Positions 58,487 to 64,000 of a DNA stretch of 64,000 nucleotides are shown here, piece by piece. The first letter of the stretch is position 1; every line of letters starts with the position of its first letter. The stretch lies in the NCBI RefSeq assembly GCF_963921235.1, contig NC_086106.1:22692001-22756000 (forward strand). Direction: 5' to 3'. The stretch is from Mobula hypostoma. Lineage: Eukaryota. The notes beneath the pieces were generated by a model. The model did not search any database and had not been told where the DNA came from. It worked only from the letters and a program-made list of their open reading frames with translations. The position numbers were made by a program, and so were the translations under genes.

Positions 58487-60053
58487 TGTCACAGTGGGGT
58501 GCTGGGAACGGACCCAAATGCGAGACACAGACACTGAAATACAAGGAACAGGAATTGACTAGAGTAGGGACGTGACAGGAAACAGGGAAGGAGTAGGGAC
58601 AAGAACGCAGACTTGAGCTGGGGAAAGCGGAACCAGGACTATAACGCATGGACTAGGAGACAAGACTTCAACTCCGAGCCCGAGACTGGACAAGGACCCA
58701 GAACCCGGGTCTTCCCACGGGCTCGGATCCCAGAACTAGGCAACCATATGACATGGCTTCAGGGCAAGACGTAGCTGGGGACTAGATGCCTGAGCTTGGA
58801 GACAGGCTGGGTCTTTGCTCTTGAGGTTTGAGGCTGGGGCCTTGTGCCTTGAGATTGGAGTTTCGAGGCCGGCTAGTGTCTTGGGACTTGAGTCTGGAGG
58901 TTGGAGGCCGGCTGGGGTCTTGGGTCTTGCGTCTGGTGCTTGGAGACCGTCTAGGGACTTGGGTCTTGAGTCTGCAGCTTGGAGGTCTGCTGGGGTCTTG
59001 AGTTTTGAGGCTGGAGCTTGGAGGCCGTCTGGGGCCTTGGGTCTTGAGTCTGGAGCTTGGCTTGGGATCCTCGAGGCAAGTGTTCTTTGAGCTTGGCTGG
59101 GATCTTCGAGGCTAGTGTTCTTGGCCCATAGCTAGGGATCCTCGAGGCTAGTGTTTTTTTTTTTTTTTTTTTTTGGAGCTTGGCTGGGATCCTCCAGGCT
59201 AGTGTTCTTGGAGCTTGTGCTGGGATCTTCGAGGCTTGGGTTCTTGGAGCTTGGCTGCAGGATCATCCTCTTGAAATGCGGAGACTGATAACTCGGAGGC
59301 TGGAGCTTGGAGACAGACTGGGAATTGTACATTAACAGAGAGCCGGGACATATCCTTCGAAAAGCCGCGACTCACCTTTAACTCGACATTAACACGTGAC
59401 TGGACAGAACAGAGACATAGAGCCAGGACTCATCCATAGACAAGCCGGGACTCAACTTCATCTCCACACCAAGTTGGGACGGGTCCCTCCATCAGGTAAG
59501 GACAGAAAGGCCGGACGTACCCAATAGAGGCAAAAACGAGACAAGAGAGATCGACCCGCAGGGTAATGTCAAGACGGCCTGACTTACCCCACGGCGGCGA
59601 GGACAAGAAGAGACAAAGACCAGAGAACGGCAGACAGTTCCATCTCCGCTTCAGGGTTGCTCCGAGTTGCAGTTACAGCCAGCAACCTCTGGGGAAACAG
59701 CCGTATGCCTACCTAGCTCAGAGTGGCTGTCGGCCACTCAGCTGGCTCGGGAAACAGCCGAATCCATACCGTAAAGACTATTCTAACGAGTGGCAACAAG
59801 GCTCCTTGAGCGGTGGTGCTCCAACCAGGACGAGAGATTACAAATGGTTTCACCAGCCTTCCATCAGCAGGTTGCTCGAAGGGCGACTTTCAAGACAAAC
59901 CAGCAGCCCACATTCAACCCCAAAGCCCCAAGATGAGAATCAGGTGCCTACGCTTAACTCAATCAAACGAGGGACAGCTGGAAGACCAGGAATCCTGAAT
60001 CCAGGGACCCCACCGTGAAACGGAATGCGGACTTCTCGGACCGGACCATGACA
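58487..60053. mobile_element. TG...CA-bounded LTR-derived insertion (1567 bp) specific to the right duplicate
   Basis: Termini TGTCA and TGACA. Flanks ACGTC (58482-58486) and ACGTT (60054-60058) form a probable 5-bp TSD. The left paralog has a single GACGT at about 22020. Confidence 0.8.
58865..59255 (+). repeat. Two adjacent minisatellites: 5 x 39 nt (58865-59059), then about 5 x 35-36 nt interrupted by poly-T
   Basis: Units resemble gaggccggctggggtcttgggtcttgagtctggagcttg and ctgggatcttcgaggctagtgttcttggagcttgg. Confidence 0.9.
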
Positions 60054-60399
60054 ACGTTGAGTCTCCTGGATGTTGTGCGCACCGTATCAGAAACACTGTA
60101 TGCAGTGAATAAGACAAAAAAAAAATGAAAGAACAAAGGATTAGATTTGCAACACATTGATCCACATATCTTTGTCCGCGATTTCATGATGGCTGATCGA
60201 TTTCTCTTCTCATACTCAATCACCGTTCTTTTCCCCGTATCAATTTTAGCTTGAGCAATCAAGAATTTATTAACCTCTGTCTTAAATATAAGTGCAGATT
60301 TGGCCTAAGCAGCTATCTGCTGCAAAGAACTCCGCAGGTTCCCTTCTCTAGGGCCTAATAAATCCATCTTCATCACCGTTCTAAAAGGACGCTCATGTA

Positions 60400-62011
60400 C
60401 AGGGATATGCAAATGTTTGGGCACCCCTGCTCAAAATTTCTGTTACTGTGAATAGCTAACTAAGTAGAAGATGAACTGTTCTCCAAAAGTCACAAAGATA
60501 AAGATGTAAGATTCCCTTCAATACTATAACAAGATTAGTGTGTTATTTTCTTGTTTTGTACGATTTTAGGGTGACAAATAGGAAAGGAGCACTATAGGCA
60601 CTCTAAGGGATTCGAGCTCTCAGATTACTCTTACCAAGTTCTCAGAACTTAATTCGCTTGTTCGGACTATGGCTTGCTCACAGTCATCGTTAGTAAAGCC
60701 CAGATTTTGCAAATTTCAAAGTTTATAAAAAACATTGACTCCTCAAACTATGTCCCAACAATCAGCAGCCGTGGGCTTCCCCAAGCGGCTGTCTAGCACT
60801 CTGACAATTAAAATAATTGATGACCACAAAGCATGGGAAGCCTATAAGATGATAGCAAAGCGTTTTCATGTAGTCGTTCCTCAGTTTGTAATGTAATTAA
60901 GAAATGGAAGCTAACAAGAACGGTGGAGGTCAAGATAAGGCCTGGAAGACCAAAAAAAAAAAAAAACTTTCCGAGAGGACCACTCGCAGGATTGCGAGAA
61001 AGGCAAATCGAAATCCCTGTCTGACTGCAAAAGACATTCAGGATGATTTAGCAGACTCTGGAGTGGTGGTGCACTGTTGGACTGTGCAGCGACAACTGCA
61101 CAAATATGACCTTCATGGAAGAGTCATCAGAGGAAAATCTTTCCTGCGTCCTCAGCACAAGGTTCAGCGTCAGAATTTTGTAAAGAAACATCTAAACAAG
61201 CCCGATGCATTTTAGAAACAAGTCCAGTGGAGAGATGAAGTAAAAATACAACTTTTTGGCCGCATTGAGCAAAGGCATGTTTGAGAAAAAAGGGTGCAGA
61301 ATTTCATGGAAAGAACAAATGTCCAACTGTTAAGCGCGGGGGTGGATCGATCACGCTTTTGGTTTGTGTTGCCCTCACTGGCACGGGGAACATTTCATTG
61401 GTAGAGGTAAGAATAAATTCAACTAAATACCAACAAAATCTGGAAGCAAACATCACACCGTCTGTTAAAAAGCTGATATGAAAAGTCGATGGTTTCTGCA
61501 ACAGACAATGATCAAAAACACAACTCAAAATCCACAAAGGCTACCTCGAGGCGCAAGTTGAAGGTTTTGCCATGGCCAGCACAATCCCCCGACCTAAACA
61601 TCCTCGAAAATCGGTGGATAGAGCTCAGAAGAGCAGTGCATGCAAGACGGCCTAAGGATCTCATAGAACCAAAAGTCTTTTGCAAGGAAGGAAGGGCAAA
61701 AATCCCCCAGACAAGAATTCAAAGACTCTTAGCCGGCTACAAAAACCTTTTACAAGCTGTGATACTTGCCAACGGGGATGATATAAGTGCTGACCATGCA
61801 GGATGCCCACACCTTTGCTTCGGGCCCTTTCCCTTCTTTGTTATTTTGAAACTGTAAAAGATGGAACATTAAGTAATCCTGCTTAAAATATTAAAGAAAT
61901 ATTTCATCTCTAACTTCATGCCTTTTAGGTATCAGGTAATCTTGTACTGTCTTAGCTATTCACAGTAACAACAATTTTGACTAGGGATGCTCGAACCTTT
62001 GCATGCCACTG
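60400..62011 (+). mobile_element. Tc1/mariner DNA transposon (1612 bp) with an inactivated transposase
   Basis: TA flanks at 60398-99 and 62012-13. Imperfect long TIRs (CAGGGATATGCAAATGTTTGGGCACCC versus CAGTGGCATGCAAAGGTTCGAGCATCC). Transposase fragments RPGRPK, WRDEVK, PTVKRGGGS, NDQKHNSK and WPAQSPDLNILEN. Confidence 0.93.
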
Positions 62012-62099
62012 TATGTATTTTGTTACATCCCTCAAGGAATTCCACCTAGCTTCAATGGCAAGGCCTGGCACTCACAAAGCTTGGCTGTCTATCCGTAAG

Positions 62100-62500
62100 C
62101 AGATTATGTCTCTCCAAATGGTCATAAATTCTGCCCATCATCTTGCCAACCACTGAAGTAATACTCACTGGTGTATAATTTCCCGGGTTACCTCTAATCC
62201 CTTCCTTGAATATGAGCAGAACGTCTGCAATCTTCCAATCCCCTGTACTTATCCCGTCCCTATTGATGATGCTCAGTTCATAGCCAGAGTTTCAACAATC
62301 TACTCCCTCGTTTCACAGAGCAGACAGGGATATATGTTATCCGTTCCTGGCGAATTTTCTGACTTAGTACATTTCAAAAGCTCCAAAACCTCCTCTTTAT
62401 TAATATCTATATGCTCAACGTTTCAGTCAGCTTGAAGTTATCTGTGCAATTGCCAATGTCCTTTTCACTGATGAATAATGAAATAAAGCATTCAATAACT
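62100..62500 (-). mobile_element. Short CR1 ORF2 fragment
   Basis: Reverse complement resembles the CR1 DWKIADV / PGNYTPVSITSVVGK region. Confidence 0.55.
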
Positions 62501-62504
62501 ATTT

Positions 62505-63519
62505 CAGAATCAGAATCAGGTTTATTATCACTGGCATGTGACGTGAAATTTGTTAACTTAGCATCAGCAGTTCAATGCAATACATAATCTAACAGAGAGA
62601 GAGAAAGAAAAAAGAAATAATAAATACATAATTAAAACGTAATAAAAAAAGAATAAGTAAATCAATTACGTATATTGAATAGATTATTTTTTAAAAATCT
62701 GCAAAAAAGGAATCACTGTATATTAAAAAAACGTGAGGTAGTGTCTAACTGTTCACAGCCCATTTACGAATCGTATGGCACAGGGAAAGAAGCTGTTCCT
62801 GAATCGCTGAGTATGTGCCTTCTTCCTTCTGTATCTCTTACCTGATGTTAACAGTGAGAAAAGTGCATGCCCTGGGTGGTGGGGATACTGAATAATGGAC
62901 GCTGCCTTTCTGAGACACTGCTCACTAAAGACGTCGTGTGTACATTGTAGGCTAGTGCCTAAGACGGAACTAACAAGATTTACAACCTTCTGCAGCTTCT
63001 TTCAGCCCAGTGCAGTAGCCTTCCCATATCAGAATGTGATGCAGCATGCCAGAATGCTCTCCACGGTACAACTGTAGAAGTTTTTGTGTGTATTTGTTGA
63101 CATGCCACATCGTTTTAAAATTCTGGTATAGTATAGCCGCTGTAGTTCTGAGTTGCACGAAGTATGAGATACAGACAGAGATGGTGAGAATTAAACTACG
63201 GGTATTGGCGGTGCAGGAATTCACATTAAAAGGGTTGCTGAGCATGGGTGAGAGAGCACGGGTTAGGGTATTCTTTTTAGCTTTCTTACGGGGTACAGAG
63301 ATTTTTTTTTTAATAGCATAAGACGGGAAAACAGGAATAGGGCACTAGCATGGCCAAAGATGGGAGGATAAAGTGCAGGTTAGGCTATGTGCGTGTGTGG
63401 GGGGGTGTGTGTGTGAAGTGATTCAGAATGTAAGTCTATTGCACACTCCGGAGTAGAAGGGCAGAAGGTGGCTGTGATGCATCATGAAGCTGGGTGCCAA
63501 CCGCCATAAACGACCAAGT

Positions 63520-63554
<35 letters not shown>

Positions 63555-64000
63555 GGAGGAGAGAGAGAGAGTATAGCCGCTGTCCTGCCTTCTTTATGAA
63601 TAGATCAATATGTTGGTACCAGGATAGATCCTCAGAGATCTTGACACCCAGGAACCTGAAGCTGCTCACTGTGTTCACTTCTGATCACTCTATTAGGATT
63701 GGTATATGTTCCTTCGTCTTACCCTTCCAGAAGTCCACGACCAGCTCTTTCGTCTTACTGACGTTGGTTGGCAGGTTGTCGCTGCGTCACCAGTCCACTA
63801 GTTCGCATATCTCACTGCGGTACACGCTCTCGTCACAACCTGACATTCTACCAACAATTGCTGTATCGTCAGCAAATTTGTCGATGGAATTTGAGCTATG
63901 CCTAGCCACACAGTCATGTGTATACTGAGAGTAGAGCATTGGGCTAAGCACACACCCTTGAGGTGCACCAGCGTTTATCGTCAGTAAGGAGCATAGGTTC
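62505..64000 (-). mobile_element. Rex1/Babar-type LINE 3' part, running off the window end
   Basis: Tail tcagaatcagaatcagg at about 62505. RT fragments on the minus strand include KFADDTAIV-like sequence and VNTVSSFRFLGVKISEDLSW. Contains a GA microsatellite at about 63520-63570. Confidence 0.85.

Larger units (their letters stand above)
53055..60399 (-). repeat. Duplicated segment B' (inverted paralog of 21682-30855)
   Basis: See segment B. Similarity runs up to the TA at 60398-60399, immediately left of the Tc1 element. Confidence 0.9.

Noticed and set aside
58865-59255. Regular repeat array as a possible CRISPR
   Set aside because: Head-to-tail degenerate units without unique spacers, in a eukaryotic TE context.

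Overview
Eukaryotic, repeat-dominated DNA. It is most likely from a cartilaginous fish (inferred from the CR1/Rex1-Babar/RTE/L1/HERO/Gypsy/Tc1 mix and the V sequences) and lies inside a T-cell receptor alpha/delta V-gene region. Three TCR V segments are supported. The first is an apparently intact V alpha/delta gene on the minus strand (leader 29105-29060, V exon 28960-28654, 23-bp-spacer RSS). The second is its paralog on the plus strand, with two stop codons but an intact RSS (54798-55280). The third is a more distant TRAV-type pseudogene (35194-35538). No D, J or C segments were found. The most notable structure is an old duplication of about 20.3-30.9 kb whose second copy is split. Its first part lies in direct orientation at about 38.8-40.26 kb and the rest lies inverted at about 53.05-60.40 kb. 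The split point coincides with the TA target site of a Tc1 transposon (60400-62011), which suggests a Tc1-associated inversion of about 22 kb that flipped a V gene. Most of the remaining sequence is decayed transposable elements. All alignments were done by eye and TE boundaries are approximate.
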